This document shows, one piece after another, positions 42,258 through 55,669 of a DNA stretch of 64,000 nucleotides; within the stretch, counting starts at the first letter, position 1; each line of letters starts with the position of its first letter. Where the stretch lies: the NCBI RefSeq assembly GCF_009914755.1, contig NC_060934.1, one strand, 5' to 3'. Both the position numbers and the translations under genes were made by a program. The stretch is from the human T2T-CHM13v2.0 reference genome, Homo sapiens. Below the pieces are notes generated by a model. That model did not search any database and was not told where the DNA came from. It worked only from the letters and a program-made list of their open reading frames with translations.

Positions 42258-42477
42258 TTTCTTTCTTTCTTCTTTCTTTTTTTTTTTTGAGACAGAGTCT
42301 CGCTCTGTTACCTCCCAAGTAGCTGATATAACAGGCATGTGCCACCACACCTGGCTAATTTTTGTATTTTTAGTAGAGATGGGGTTTCACTATGTTAGCC
42401 TGGCTGGTTTCGAACTCCTGACCTCAGGTGATCCACCCGCCTTGGCCTCCCAAAGGTGGGAGCCACTGCACCCAGCC
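42258..42477 (-). mobile_element. AluS with internal deletion
   Basis: Jumps from ctctgtta to cctcccaagtagctg, so most of the right arm is missing. Confidence 0.88.
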
Positions 42478-42914
42478 TTCCTCACATCTCAGGAGCTCGG
42501 GGAGCAGCCTGGGCCTGGTCACTGGCTGGGCACATACAACGTAAACTCACACCACAGCCCATGTGGAACACAGGGGTGAAGACCAGGTGACCCCAGAGGC
42601 CATCTTGTCCAGCCTCCTCACCTTCTGAAGTCAAAGCTAAGCTCTGAGAGGGTCACGCTTTGCCCACCTTCTCTTAGCAACTCAGTGACCAGGCTGAACT
42701 CAAAGGGCACCCGACCTGGCAGCCTGGTTCTGGCTTACAGACAGCCTAGCAAACGTAGCCTATAAGCTTCTGTGCTTCTGTGCTTCCAGGCTACATCTGC
42801 TAGGGTCTCCAACTCAGCTGTCTTTCCTGCCTCCAATTTCTACAAATCCTAACCCAACAACAAGAGCTGCCATCCACTAACAGTGTTTCATAGAACTGAG
42901 GACTCAAAGGAGGC

Positions 42915-43714
42915 TGTGGAAGTCAGCCTCCAAGATGGCCCCAGTGACTCTTGCCTCGTGGTCCCCTCCCATACTAACCAGGGCTGACCTGTGGAAGCAA
43001 TTGGATATTGTGGGAATAATCGTATGACTTACAAGGCTAGATTATAAAAACATTGTAACTGCCTTCCTCATCTCTTTCCCAGATACTCATGCTGAGGGAA
43101 GCCAGCTTCCATGTTGTAAGGATGCTGAAGCAGCACTGTGGAGATCCATGTGGCAAGGAGCTGAGGCCTCTGCCAGCAGCCAGCGCCAGTCTGCCAGCGA
43201 GATGAGCAAGCCGTCTTGCAGGTGGGTCCTCTAACTGCAGTCAAGCCTTCAGCTGAATCTCGACTATAACCTCATGAGAGATTCTGACTCAGAACCATCC
43301 AGTTAAGCAGTTCTGAATTCCTGGCCCACAGAGACTATGCTGAGATAATACATTTTTATTGTTGTTGTTTGGAGACAGAGTCTTGCTATGTCGCCCAGGC
43401 TGGAGTGCAGTAGCACAATTTTGGCTCACTGTAGCCTCGACCTCCGAGCCTAAGTGATCCTCCCACCTCAGCCTCCCAAGTAGCTGGGACCACAGGTGCA
43501 TGATGCCATGCCCAGCTAATTTTAAAAAATTTCTTGTAGAGATGGGGGTCTCTATGTTGCCCAGGCTGGTCTCGAACTCCCAGGCTCAAGTGATCCTGCC
43601 ACCCTGGCCTACAAAAGTGCTGGGATTACAGGTATGAGCCACCGTGCCTGGCCTTTTATTGTCGTTTTAAGCTGCTAATTTTGGGGGATGATTTGTTACC
43701 CAGGTAACTACTAC
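42915..43714 (+). mobile_element. MaLR LTR (MLT1F-like) with a minus-strand AluJ at about 43358-43653
   Basis: cctccaagatggcccc...gaagccagcttccatg...tcaagccttcag...ttttaagctgctaattttgggg. Confidence 0.85.
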
Positions 43715-44639
43715 AAGGCCTAGCACTCCTTTTGGAAGGACAGGGTCCCTGTGTTACCTGAATCAGAGATATTTGGAACACTGGTAACGAATGAAGTTCC
43801 TAAAATTTGCCCAGACACCCTGAATTGAAGTGGAAGGGGATGGACAGGGCGAGAGTCTGCCTTTTTCATGAGCCCCCTGAGCGATTCTCATGTACCTCTG
43901 AGGCTGAGAATTACTGACAGAATCTAATACCTTCCAGACCTGGGGAGGCTCAGAGAGCTGATGGGATGGTCCCCATCCTACACACAAGCTGAGGCAGGCC
44001 TGAGCCTAGAACCCAGCACCTGACTCCGGGGTCAATGCTCTTTCTGCCTTGTCCATTCAGGTTGCTTTGTTGAGGGGCACGGGCTTTTTTTGTTTCTTTT
44101 ATTTATATTTAAAATCTGTATATAGCAAAATGCGACACAGCCAATTGTTTGTCTGCTTAAGAGCTTGCTTTGCTTTGCTTTGCCTGTGAACAATTTTGTC
44201 AGCACTACCCACAATGAGGGCCTAATGCTAAGAAGGGCAGGGCAGTGCTAGGCCACGCAGAGAGGCTGGCACTGCCGCAGAACACCACAGCGGGAAACGG
44301 ACTTTTTCTACCACTGAGCTGTCTCAGCTCCAGGCATTTCCCCCAGACCAATAGAATGCAGAGTATGCAAGGCAGAGAAGATGAATGAGGATAATAAGGG
44401 AGTGTACCTTTAACCCTTGTCAAACTGTCACCCTAGTAGGTAAGATTAATATTCCCACTTTCATTTGTATAGAACTTTGTGGCTTAGAAAGAATTCACGC
44501 ATGATCTTATTGAATGACTTTTGTAGACTACAAGATAGATAGGTCATTCAGTCATTCATGCTACACATGTATTGAGCAGCTACTACATACCAGGTAACGC
44601 TGTAGGCACGGGGGATATATAGATTTGTTTCCTTGCTTA

Positions 44640-44870
44640 ATAATTATTTATATATGTCTACTATGTGCCAGACACTATTTTAAGCATTTTACAAATATTA
44701 ACTAACTTATTCTTCACAACAGCCCAACAATATAGATACCATTATTCTTCCCATTTAACAAGGAAATTAAAGCACAGAGAGGTTAAGTAACTTTTCCAAG
44801 GCCAAACAACTAGTAAGGAGCACTATGGGGATCTGAATCCAGGCAATCTGGCCCTAGGTTCCACCCTGTT
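44640..44870 (-). mobile_element. MIR
   Basis: tactatgtgccagacact...gcacagagaggttaagtaactt. Confidence 0.88.
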
Positions 44871-46174
44871 AACCAAGATAAAATGAGATACGGTTCTTGC
44901 TCTTCAAAATCTCCAGCTTTAAAAATCCTCATGGGCACAGATGAAAAAACTAAAGCTCAGAGATATCTTCTGAATTTCCCCAAGTCACACACTGCTGGGA
45001 TTAAACACCAGATCTAATTCCAGGCAGTGTTAAGGAAGGTTTAGCTAGAGATGGGTGCAAGAGAGGCAACAAAGAGGGCGTTTCTAGAGTCCAGAAAGAG
45101 AGAGGGTTTCTCCAAGCCCACTGGCAAGTTGGAAGCATCCCAAGAGACACCAAAGCAACCGAATAACCCGCACTCCCTGTCCAGGCCCTCGTGATCTGTG
45201 ACTGTCTGCTGCCCAGCCGGTATTCATGCCTCCTGATATTTTGGGGCACTGTTATTTATAGATCATGTTTCTATTTATATTTTCATTGAATTCCTACTAA
45301 CCCTAGCTGATTCCCCGCCTCCCAAACCTAGAGAGGGGAGGATAAGAACTCTTTTTCACCAAGTCAGTGAGGGGCAAAGGTGAAGGTCAAAGTCTTGGCT
45401 GTGTATGCAGTCTTTCAGCAGGAGCCCTTTGCAGGGAAACATTCAGGACAAGGGGGCTTTCTCTGCCTTCCAAAGGAAATGGAGGAGTGGAACAGGGGAG
45501 TGGGAAGGGCACAAGGCTTGCCTTATACAGAGGCAGCCACGTTCTGCCAGTACAGTGGGATTTGAGGCAGGCCTAGAGGACTCCTGTTCTCCTAAAATGT
45601 TTTCCCCTTTGCATGATATTCCATTATTAGGCATTTATTCCTTTGGTCTTAATAGCTATTAGATCACTAAATGCTGGGACTATGAGAAAACCTAGACAGC
45701 ATCAAGTCCAATACTTGTATTTCACAGACGAGGGAACTCAGGCTCAGAGAAGGGCTGTGACTTATCCTTATGGGGGATTCTGAACTAATAAATACAAATC
45801 TATTACAATGCACAGAAGAACACCACCCTAATGTTGGAGAAACTGCTGTCATGCACAGCAAAAGAAACCGGACAGCAAAGCAGACCCCAGGCCCAGAGTT
45901 CCTCCCTCACCAAGTTTTAGGAATGAATAAGTAAAACCCTGCGACTTTTCCTAAGGTTCTATTTGGTGCCTCAAAGGAAAACTTCTCAGTTTTCGTGTCA
46001 CATAGAAACATAACAGTAAAGTGGGACATCTTTCTTCCTTGTTTTCAGTACTCTGTTGAATCGTGGTTTAGGAAATAATATCTGTGATGATTATCATTAC
46101 AGAGTTACTTCATAGGTTTGGGTTTCCAAAGCCAGCTTTCCAGAATTCAATTATTTCCTTCTGGACACTATGCC

Positions 46175-46205
46175 TGCAATTCCAGCATCTGCCACTAGGT
46201 GGCTG
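46175..46205 (+). promoter_or_regulatory. Candidate CTCF site with upstream motif
   Basis: TGCAATTCC-agcat-ctgCCACTAGGTGGC: core plus ZF9-11-type upstream motif at typical spacing. Confidence 0.65.
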
Positions 46206-46458
46206 GTAGCAGTTGATAGATTAAGTGAAAGGTGACTGAGAAAATAATGTAATCTAGCTAAAACTTTTACCATAAGAATGTGATACTTTATTAAAAGGAC
46301 AACATTGATCAACCTCTAATATGTATATATATATATTTAAATGAGATAATACTTGAAACAAGGTTTAAAGATAATGCAAACACCCTGGTGCAGGCAACAT
46401 ACCTGCCATTTTATACCAAATCTTAACTGTTAATCTCCAGACAGTACATCTTTGGTCA

Positions 46459-46909
<451 letters not shown>

Positions 46910-47519
46910 TCATGCACCCCTTCTAGCCTGTGAGTCTTCATGTGTCAAGTAGACTTGTCATTAAATGAGACAACATAAGCACATGAATCCTTTGCACAGT
47001 ATCTGGCAGAAGTATATGCTTAATAAGTAGTAGCTATAATCCTTAAGCAGACATTCTCTCTCATTTATAATAGTTTAATTTGTTGAAATTCCAGGCCTCA
47101 CACAAAGTTCCTTAGAAAGCTGTTTGCAACTTTTTCCCTACAGCCAATTCAACGAATTGTTATCTCTGGACCACTGGGCTCACATCGTGAACAGCTGCTC
47201 CACCCTCTGTCTTTCACCAGCAAGTTTTTCTGGTAACAAGACCACATAGGTCTCACTTAAGCCATCTTCACCAACTACCAACTATTAAACTGGTTAATTC
47301 GTCTTTCAGATCAGAAACAAGAGGCCAGGAGTAAAAACTGTGCCAATCAGAGAAGAATTACCTGGCCACCAAATTACCAGTCACTCACTCATCTCAACTC
47401 TCCTCCCTGGCTCCTTTACTTTGAAGCTTAGGTCTGCAATGGTTATTTTATATAGAAGAGCAAAATATGCTCCTTTCAAATTTCACTTTTTTTTCTTTTT
47501 TGAAATTAAAACCAATTTT

Positions 47520-47668
47520 GTTTAGAGACAGGGTCGCACTCTGCCACCCAGGATGGAGTGCAGTGGCATGATCATAGCTCGCTGTAACCCCAAACTCCTG
47601 GGCTCAAGTGATCCTCACACCTCAGCCTCCCGAGTAGCTGGTACAGGAGTGTGCCACCATGCTTGGCT
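47520..47668 (-). mobile_element. Alu right monomer (FRAM/AluJ-like)
   Basis: ggagtgcagtggcatgatcatagctc...ctcagcctcccgagtagctgg. Confidence 0.85.
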
Positions 47669-48259
47669 TCACTTTATTTTGTTGACTTAACTTTTTCCAG
47701 AGACATCTTACAAGAGCCTGTTTTCCATCCTAACAGTACGACGTAACTCCAGACATAGGCTTTAGACGTTCTCATGCCACCCTATCTTCAAAACCACAGA
47801 GAGTTCATGAGCCAGTCTTGCCCATCTCCAATCAGGGAACTTCTAAAATAAAAATCTTAGCAATCTCCTTGGCCCAAAACTTCACCCCATCTTGGAAGGG
47901 AGGGGAGAGAGAATGTTCTGATCTATATCTGATGAGGGCGTGTGGTTGGGACCTGAGCATCCTCCTGGTTGGGCTAGTGATGGGGAGAGAGGGCTGTTAC
48001 TCACGACTCCCTCCCACAGAATACCAGAAACAGGCAGGCAGCTCAGGTGTATGTAAGGATGTGAGGCCAAGAAACCAGCCCTCACCAAGTTACCCCTGTA
48101 AATCCTTGTCTCCCCATGCACCTCTACTTTGAGTCAGAAATGGATTCATTGCAGGCTCAGTTGTTTGTATTATGTGAATGAACTGAACGTAACCAAGCAC
48201 CAAGAGAGCCCTAAAGACACAGTAGACCTCCTGTAGAAGGGCTCTGATGGACCTTCAAA

Positions 48260-48420
48260 CATTGCTTCTCCAACTTTATGGTGCACACAAATCACCTGTG
48301 CATGTTAAAATGCAGACGGTGACTTACAGATCTTGGGGGAGGCCAAGTGTCTGCATTTCCAACAAGCTCCCAGATGATGGCCACACTGCTGATCTGAGGA
48401 CCACATTTTGAACAGCAATC
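48260..48420. mobile_element. MER5-type hAT DNA transposon relic
   Basis: aatcacctg..tgttaaaatgcaga...ctgcatttccaacaagctcccagatgatg...gaccacattttga. Confidence 0.8.
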
Positions 48421-48729
48421 CTTAAAACACACAAGGCTGTGGGACCGCACTCCTGAGAAGAGACCTCACTCTTGGAAGGGATTCTAGGAGGCTGCATTCA
48501 AACCATCCCAGAGACAGCTCACAATTTTGTTAGGGACCTGATACTAAAAATTACCAAATCACAATCGTGTGCTGAGGGCTTACTTTGTGCTTTTCAGATG
48601 ACATTTCATTTGATGCTCTCAATAACCCTGAAGGGATTTCAGAGATGGGGATTATGATGGAGCTTCAGAATTAAACTGATTAAAACTGGCCCAGAGTCAC
48701 ACAACTATGAAGAGGCTGAGTTGGGATTT

Positions 48730-48865
48730 CTTTTAATTTTTATTTTTTGAAACAGGGTCTCACTATGTTGCCCAGACTGGTCTCGAACTCTTGAGCTTGA
48801 GCAATCCTCCTGCCTCTGCCCCCTGAGTAGCTGGGACTACAGATGTGAGACAGCATGCCGAGCCT
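48730..48865 (-). mobile_element. Free Alu monomer (FLAM_A/FAM-like) inside a MIR
   Basis: Perfect 15-bp TSD gctgagttgggattt at 48715-48729 and 48866-48880. Confidence 0.88.
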
Positions 48866-51502
48866 GCTGAGTTGGGATTTGAACCCCAGGTTTGTCTGGC
48901 TGTAAGTCCTCCAGTGTGGAAGTACGATAGCTACCCATCTCAGCCACGGAAAATAGCAGAGTTTTGGTTCAGGCAAGTAGCACTAAGTAGAAAGCCCAGG
49001 TATGAACCAGATCTGCAGGAGCCCAAAGTCATTGCTCAGAACCACCCCCTACCCGCTGAGAAGTTCTTCCTGTCCCTGGAAGTTCTCTCTGAGATCCACC
49101 CAAATGTGTCCTCACTAAGGCGAAATCTGGCTTCTCCTGTTTGGGCCTGGGGAGAAACATAAACCTAGCCCCTTTCCTTCACACGAGCTTCGATCTTGAC
49201 AGTTGAAGCCTGCAGGGGTGTCGCCAGGCCACCCTGTCCCTGACAGGTAGAGAAAGGCGAGGCTGCCAGCCAACCCCCACCCTCCACATTTGCCTCCTCC
49301 CTTCCCTTTTGAAGGTACATTCAGATGAACGGGCTCCATCTTCAGGCCATGCCAGTCCCCTGGGGCCAACTGTGGTCTGGAGGCTGGGCAGCCTGGCATC
49401 CTGGGGCCTCCTCAGTGGACATCAGTCCTGGGAACTGTGGAGGTGAAGGGGGAGGAGGTATTTTCAGCGCCCAGAACGATGGATCTGCTGGGTGCCAGGC
49501 AGCCCTGGATGAATGATACATCAGTTCACACAGGTGATGCCTAGAGCCAGCTCAGTCCCTGCCAGAGAAGAGCTCTGGCTTGGGGCTTTGTCCTTGGGCC
49601 TGGGTCCAGTTGGAGTGACCCAGGAGGGCAGTGTGCGGGATTAGGCCAGGGACACTGTGGGAGTTTATCTCTTCCAGTGCCCCTCACCTCCTAAGAAGTT
49701 GTTGGGGGCCGGAGCTCCTTCTCAATGCGCCTCAGTGTTCCCCTCCACCACCATCACCCGCTGCTGCCACTCCCGAGCCCTCAGTGAAACCTGGACCCAG
49801 AAACCAGAGTGCCCAGTGCCCAGAGGCTCCTGGGGAGGGAGGCTGCCCACCACAAAGCACCTTTCATATGCTCCAAAGGCTTCGGCCACCTCAGGGAGGA
49901 GGGAGGAAGTCCTTTCCCTTCACCCCCACGGATGCAGCCCACAGGCAGGAGTGGGGAGTGGTGGTGAGGTGAAACACTCCTTCTGCCATCTTGGCCAGGG
50001 CTGCCCAGACAGAGCTATGGGCAGTCATCCTCGACCCCACCCCACCACCTCCAATCCATCAGCATGGCCTCTTGGCTGTCCTTCTAAGACAGACCTCAGT
50101 CTACTTCCCTCCACCCAGGGCCCAGCCTAGGCCAAGTCACCTTTGCCCTCTCACCTGCCTCTCCAGGACCCCAGCTGGTCTCCTCTGCTCCGTGCAAGCT
50201 CCCGCCAGCCCCTTCTCCAGACTCCACACAGGCCTTTGAGGCCTAGCACCTTCTTCTGTCTCTAGCCTCAGCTGCCCACTTGCCCTCTCACCTCTATCAA
50301 CCCTGGTCTCAGTAACCATCCAGTCTGCCATCTACGCTGGAGTATGAGTTGGCTGGAAGCACCAACCCTGGGGACACCAGGGTATAACTGTACTCTCTCA
50401 GCATGGAGGGAAAGGATCCAACCTTGTAAAAGGACATTTAGGCATCAGGTAAGGAAAGGATGTATTTCCAGGGGGAGGGAGTGGAGGGTAAAGGACAGGA
50501 GTGTCACCGAGCCCTGAAATCATGCCTGTCACTTTCTGGTGACTTTGCCAACAAGCAAGGTGATCCCTGATTGCTCAAACTTAACTTCTTCAATTTTGTG
50601 CCATGGTGATTAGCATGGGGTGCACTAGAATCCAGGACTCTGGAGACCCAGGCCCGGGTGCATTTTCTGCGTCTTAGATGACACAGACTGACTGAGACCA
50701 TGAGAAGAGACAGGCTTTTCGGCCCAGATCAGAAAGTTCCTGGGGAAGATACCTAGGATACAATCCATCCAGGACGGAGGGTTGGGGGTAGGTGTTCAGG
50801 AGCTGATTCCCTTCTAGAATGATTGGGAAGGCACATACCAAGTTGTAACAAGGTGGCCTGGCTCTTTTCCTGGTCTTGGAATGTGGGGATGTCGCGGGGG
50901 AAGGGCTTGGGAGACTGATCTACATTTCAAAAGTAAAAAAGCCCCTTGCGTGGCTGACCCCTGCAAAGCTTGTTACTCCCTGCAAGACCTGGAGGGTCTG
51001 CAGCTCGGAGTCTGGAAGGTAGTGACAGTGACACTGCCATGTGATCAGAGGCCGGATCCCCACCTTTCATCCCAGATCAGCCATCTGGGTCATCTGCTCT
51101 TTAGAAACAAGCTCCTTGCTGCTTTGCAAGTTACCACAGGCCGGGAAAGAACTGCAGGAAGTGAGGCTGTGCCTGGGCTGCGGCCTGGGCTGCAGTGGGA
51201 AGAGCTGACTCAGCACAGAGTGGGGAGGGCAAAGGAAATCCCACATCTGTGTCCTGCGGCAAAGCCACCACGAGCACAGACAGGCTTGCGGCACCAGTCC
51301 TCTCCCGTTGCACGCCACACAGCGCTTTCCATGCATTAACTGCTTGCGATGTCACCAAACCATGATCAACCCATTTGACAGATGATGCTACAGAGCCTGG
51401 AGTCCGTGTGACTGGGCCAGATGGCACAGCTCACAAACACACAGGTGGAGCCGCTCTGGAGTGTCTTGGCTCCACAAGTCCTGTCTGCCCAGCTGTCTCT
51501 GG

Positions 51503-51513
51503 GTGACTCAGCA
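51503..51513 (+). promoter_or_regulatory. Antioxidant response element (NRF2/BACH1-sMAF) consensus
   Basis: GTGACTCAGCA; related sites at 51204-51215 and 56826-56836. Confidence 0.5.
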
Positions 51514-51519
51514 CTCCTC

Positions 51520-51912
51520 ACTGTTCCACACACTTCTTACTGTTCTTCAAACATATACCGGTGGTCCGACTAAGGTTACTGTTCTTGCTGTCCCCCCAAG
51601 CCTGGCACCCCTGGGCCCTGATGATCCAAACCTACTCAGTGGAGATGTCACCTCTGCAAAGAAGCCCTTTGTGACCATCTAATTTCAGATGCCTTGAGCT
51701 GTAGCACCTGCCACATGACCTGGTTATTTTTCCTTCTGGCACTCATCACTCTTGGAAATTGCTCATCTATTTGTCTTCTGACTCCCACACTGGAAGGTAA
51801 ACTTCCTGAGAACCACAACCAGGCCTACTTTGTTCTCAGTCATATCACCAGTGACCACAGCTGGCACACAGTATGTGTTCAATAAATATCTGTGATAGAA
51901 AGGAATGAATGT
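51520..51912 (+). mobile_element. L2 3' end
   Basis: ctggcacacagtatgtgttcaataaatatctg...gaatgaatg. Confidence 0.82.
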
Positions 51913-53229
51913 AGCTATTCCACGCTGTGTTCAGAGTCAGCTGCTGACAGCAGGCCCTGAAAACTGCCCGTCCAGATTACAGAGTAGGAGACTGATTTTT
52001 GGGGATGGGAAGCAGTAATTACATCAAGAGAAGACAAAATACCTCCAGTGGAGGTTGGAGGAAAGCTGTGTTTAAGATGGCACACGGTGCCTCTCAGGCC
52101 TATAATCTTGTTGACCTTTTTAAACCCCAGAATTACCAACAGACCCTATTTTTCCTTCTCCATCACATAGTTTGGCTTTTCCTGACATCCCAGGTCACCT
52201 GTGGGACCCAGAAACTTCTCAACCTCTCTTCCTTGGGGGTTGCAGTCTGGTGAAATCTCTGAGCCACAACCTCCCTCATAGCATCCAGGGCCCTTCAGGA
52301 AGGGCTTTCTCAGCTGGTGCCTGGTGGAGACACACACAGACACCTATAGCCCAGGGAGCGGGCCACGGACCAGCTCTAGTTAAAGACATCCCTTCCCCCT
52401 GCTTCCTTCTATGCTGGAACAAATACCGGATCTTCTGCACAGGGCTCTGGGGGCTGGGAGAGGAAGGCCCCGGAGAACATGCTTGCAATTCACCCAGCAC
52501 CCTCTGCACTGTGGCTCCAAACTGCCTCTTCATTACAGGGCCGTTACGTAAACTGGCGAGTCAGTACAAAAGAAGCAAGCATGCCTGCTGACTAAAAATA
52601 TACCTCTAAGCTCATAAGGTCACAAGGCTGTCTGCAGGCTGGCAACGCCTACCTTGATTATGGTTATAGATTCACTTTTCTCCCTAAGCAATCTCACTTC
52701 TCCAGGACTCATCAACCTGGGGATATGGATAGCGATGCATGGGACTAACTCAGCTATTAGGATGAAGGGCTTTCTGGAAGCCCAGAGGCCCAGTGCCAGC
52801 CAGTACAGAGACACAGATGGCTTGCTAGTGGGAGGGGACCTCGCACAGCCTTTGCAGAGGGAGTGCAGCTCTTTTTGCTCCACTGCCTGGCTTCTGAAGT
52901 CCCTCAATCCCTGGCCACAGTTGTTTGCTTTTTACATCAGCAGCTACACACTCTACTTCATGTCGTAATGACCATTTCCTCTCAGGGAGTCTCCTCAGGC
53001 CAGCAAACTCGGGATACACAGGAAATCTACTCCAATCCCAGGATGGGCAACAGGAGATGGATTTTCCACAGTCATCTTCTAAAACAAGGCAGAAAATTCC
53101 AAGTAAACAGTAGGCTGCCCTGAGAGGCTGGTGACCCCGCCACGCTTGGCCCAATGTCCTAAGGAATTTGATTTCTGCCCACCCCTCCAAAAAGCAAGAG
53201 ACCTCAGAAAGCGCTAAGGCACACTTCTG

Positions 53230-53560
53230 AGCCAATTCTCCCTGGGCCTCCTGCTGTTGTACATGTCTTGTAAACAAGGCACTAACTGCTTTTTGTTTTG
53301 GATGATCTTTTCAAAGGTGCTTGCATAGCAAACAGCCTTAGAAGACAGAGGTAGTGCCTTGCTCTGGGGCATACGGCAGGTTTGCATATAGTCTTGGACT
53401 AAGGATAGTGTCCATCTTGGGAGCAAAAGGGCAGGTTTGCTTACCATCCATTATAAAAAGATGCAGGCTCCCCTCCTATAAAGTAACTCACTGCATATGC
53501 AGGCATTCATCTGAGCCCGTCTTGTCACACCTACGGAACTTGGAGGAACAGGAGAAGTCC
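53230..53560 (+). mobile_element. ERV1-class LTR fragment (subfamily uncertain)
   Basis: gatagtgtc..ggagcaaaagggcaggtttgcttac..cattataaaa; the ggcaggtttgc block is internally duplicated. Confidence 0.55.
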
Positions 53561-53585
53561 CAAAGTATAAAAATATATGTAAACC

Positions 53586-53875
53586 AGGTCAGGTGCAGTG
53601 GCTCACACCTGTAATCCCAACACTTTGGGAAGCCAAGGCAGGTGGATCACTTGAGTCCAGGAGTTTGAGACCAGCCTAAGCAACATGATAAAACCCCATC
53701 TCTACAAAAAAATACAAAAATTAGCCAGGCATGGTGGCACGCAACTGTAGTCTCAGCTACTTGGGAGGCTGAGGCAGGAGGACAGATTGAGCCTCTGAAG
53801 TGGAGGCTGCAGTGAGCTGTGACTGTACTACTGTACTCCAGCCTGGGCAACAGAGCGAGACCCTGTCTCAAAAAG
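53586..53875 (+). mobile_element. AluJ followed by a TA-rich low-complexity tract (53876-53965)
   Basis: Full dimer. Confidence 0.92.
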
Positions 53876-54020
53876 ATATATATATGTATTTAAAATATAT
53901 ACATGTATATAAAATATAAAATATACAATACAATATATGTATATAAAATAAATATGTATATGTAACGAGGGAAAGATGAATACTTTTTTTTTAATCAAAA
54001 GAGAGCTGGAGTAAAAATAT

Positions 54021-54157
54021 GTTTTTTGTTTGTTCGTTTTAGAGATAGAGTCTTGCTCTGTTGCCCAGGCTGGTCTCAAACTCTTATCCTCAAGTGATCC
54101 TCCTGTTTCAGCCTACTGAGTTGCTGGGAATACAGGTATGAGCCACTGTGCCCAGCC
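54021..54157 (-). mobile_element. Alu left monomer (FLAM)
   Basis: gagtcttgctctgttgcccaggctggtctcaaactc. Confidence 0.85.
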
Positions 54158-54464
54158 AAGAATACTTAAAAGAATATTTTTTTTAAAAGTTCCTTGCTTT
54201 GCAACAGGATTTATTATATGCCTCTTTTGAATAGAATAATACTTTGGACACCTAAAAGATCATGTGATTTGTTCCAAAGAGCTGAATTTGCACAGGTTTC
54301 TGGAATATGCCTTTTTGTTGAGGATGGGAATGCCGAGAGGTTGGGCCTGGGAGTACAGTTTCTCAGGGACTATTATCAAACCACTGCCTCCTTCCTAAAG
54401 ACCAGCTGACATGCTTGTTTAACAGCACTCTCCACCTCCATAAAATAAAAATCAATTACTCAGG

Positions 54465-54718
54465 TCTGTGGTCTAGTTAGTTGAGTTGTGCCAATATTAA
54501 TTTCCTGGTTTTGATAACATACTGCGGTTACATAAGATGTTACCATTGGGGGGAAGTGATGTGATGGTGGAAAGTGATTTGACCTCTCCTTAAAATGGGA
54601 ATAATGCCAGCTACCCTGCAGTACAGTGGTGGAATTGGAGGGGGGAATGTAGAGTGCCTAGTATTTTTGCAACCTCTTGTGAGTCTCTAATTATTTCAAA
54701 ATAAAAAGTTTAAAAAAA
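54465..54718 (+). mobile_element. Old L1 (L1MC/ME-like) 3' end
   Basis: ttaatttcctggttttgataa...taagatgttaccattgggggaag ... tatttttgcaac...tttcaaaataaaaagtt. Confidence 0.75.
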
Positions 54719-55314
54719 TGCTGTTAGGAAACCAAATAGCCAAACTTGTTAGATCATAATTAAAGGAAGATAGCACTCTGAAAGCCTTGGGACTATCTTA
54801 TTTGTAATCATTAAAATAATAAGTTAAGTGGTTTAATTGCAAGAAAAATATCAATTACTCTGTGCTGGTGAGTAATTACCTCGGCCACTCAATGGAATGA
54901 GAGAACCCTTACAGGTCACCTGAGTCCCCGTGAGGTTCCAGCCACCTGCCACCCACACAGGGCACTCCTGAAACATGAGATAGCAATGACAGCCCGAGGG
55001 AGAGGCTGGACCTCCCAGTGGTCTGTCTCAGGCAGAACTTCTCAGATCCCTAACCTGGGAGGTGTGCAGGCAAGAAGGGAGGGACAAAGACAGAGTCTAG
55101 CTGAGGCTGTTGTGGCAATTCCTTCTTGCCCAAGGAAAGACATACGGCCCCATAGGAAGAATCGCGGCTCTGCTGCTGTATGGCTAAGTGATGGTGGACA
55201 GTGATTTGACTTCTCTTTAAAATGGGGATAAAGCCACCTGCAGTGAGACTGGAGGGAAGGTATGCAGAGTGGCTAGGATAAGGCTAGGCACACACTAGGA
55301 GCAATCAACACGTC

Positions 55315-55669
<355 letters not shown>

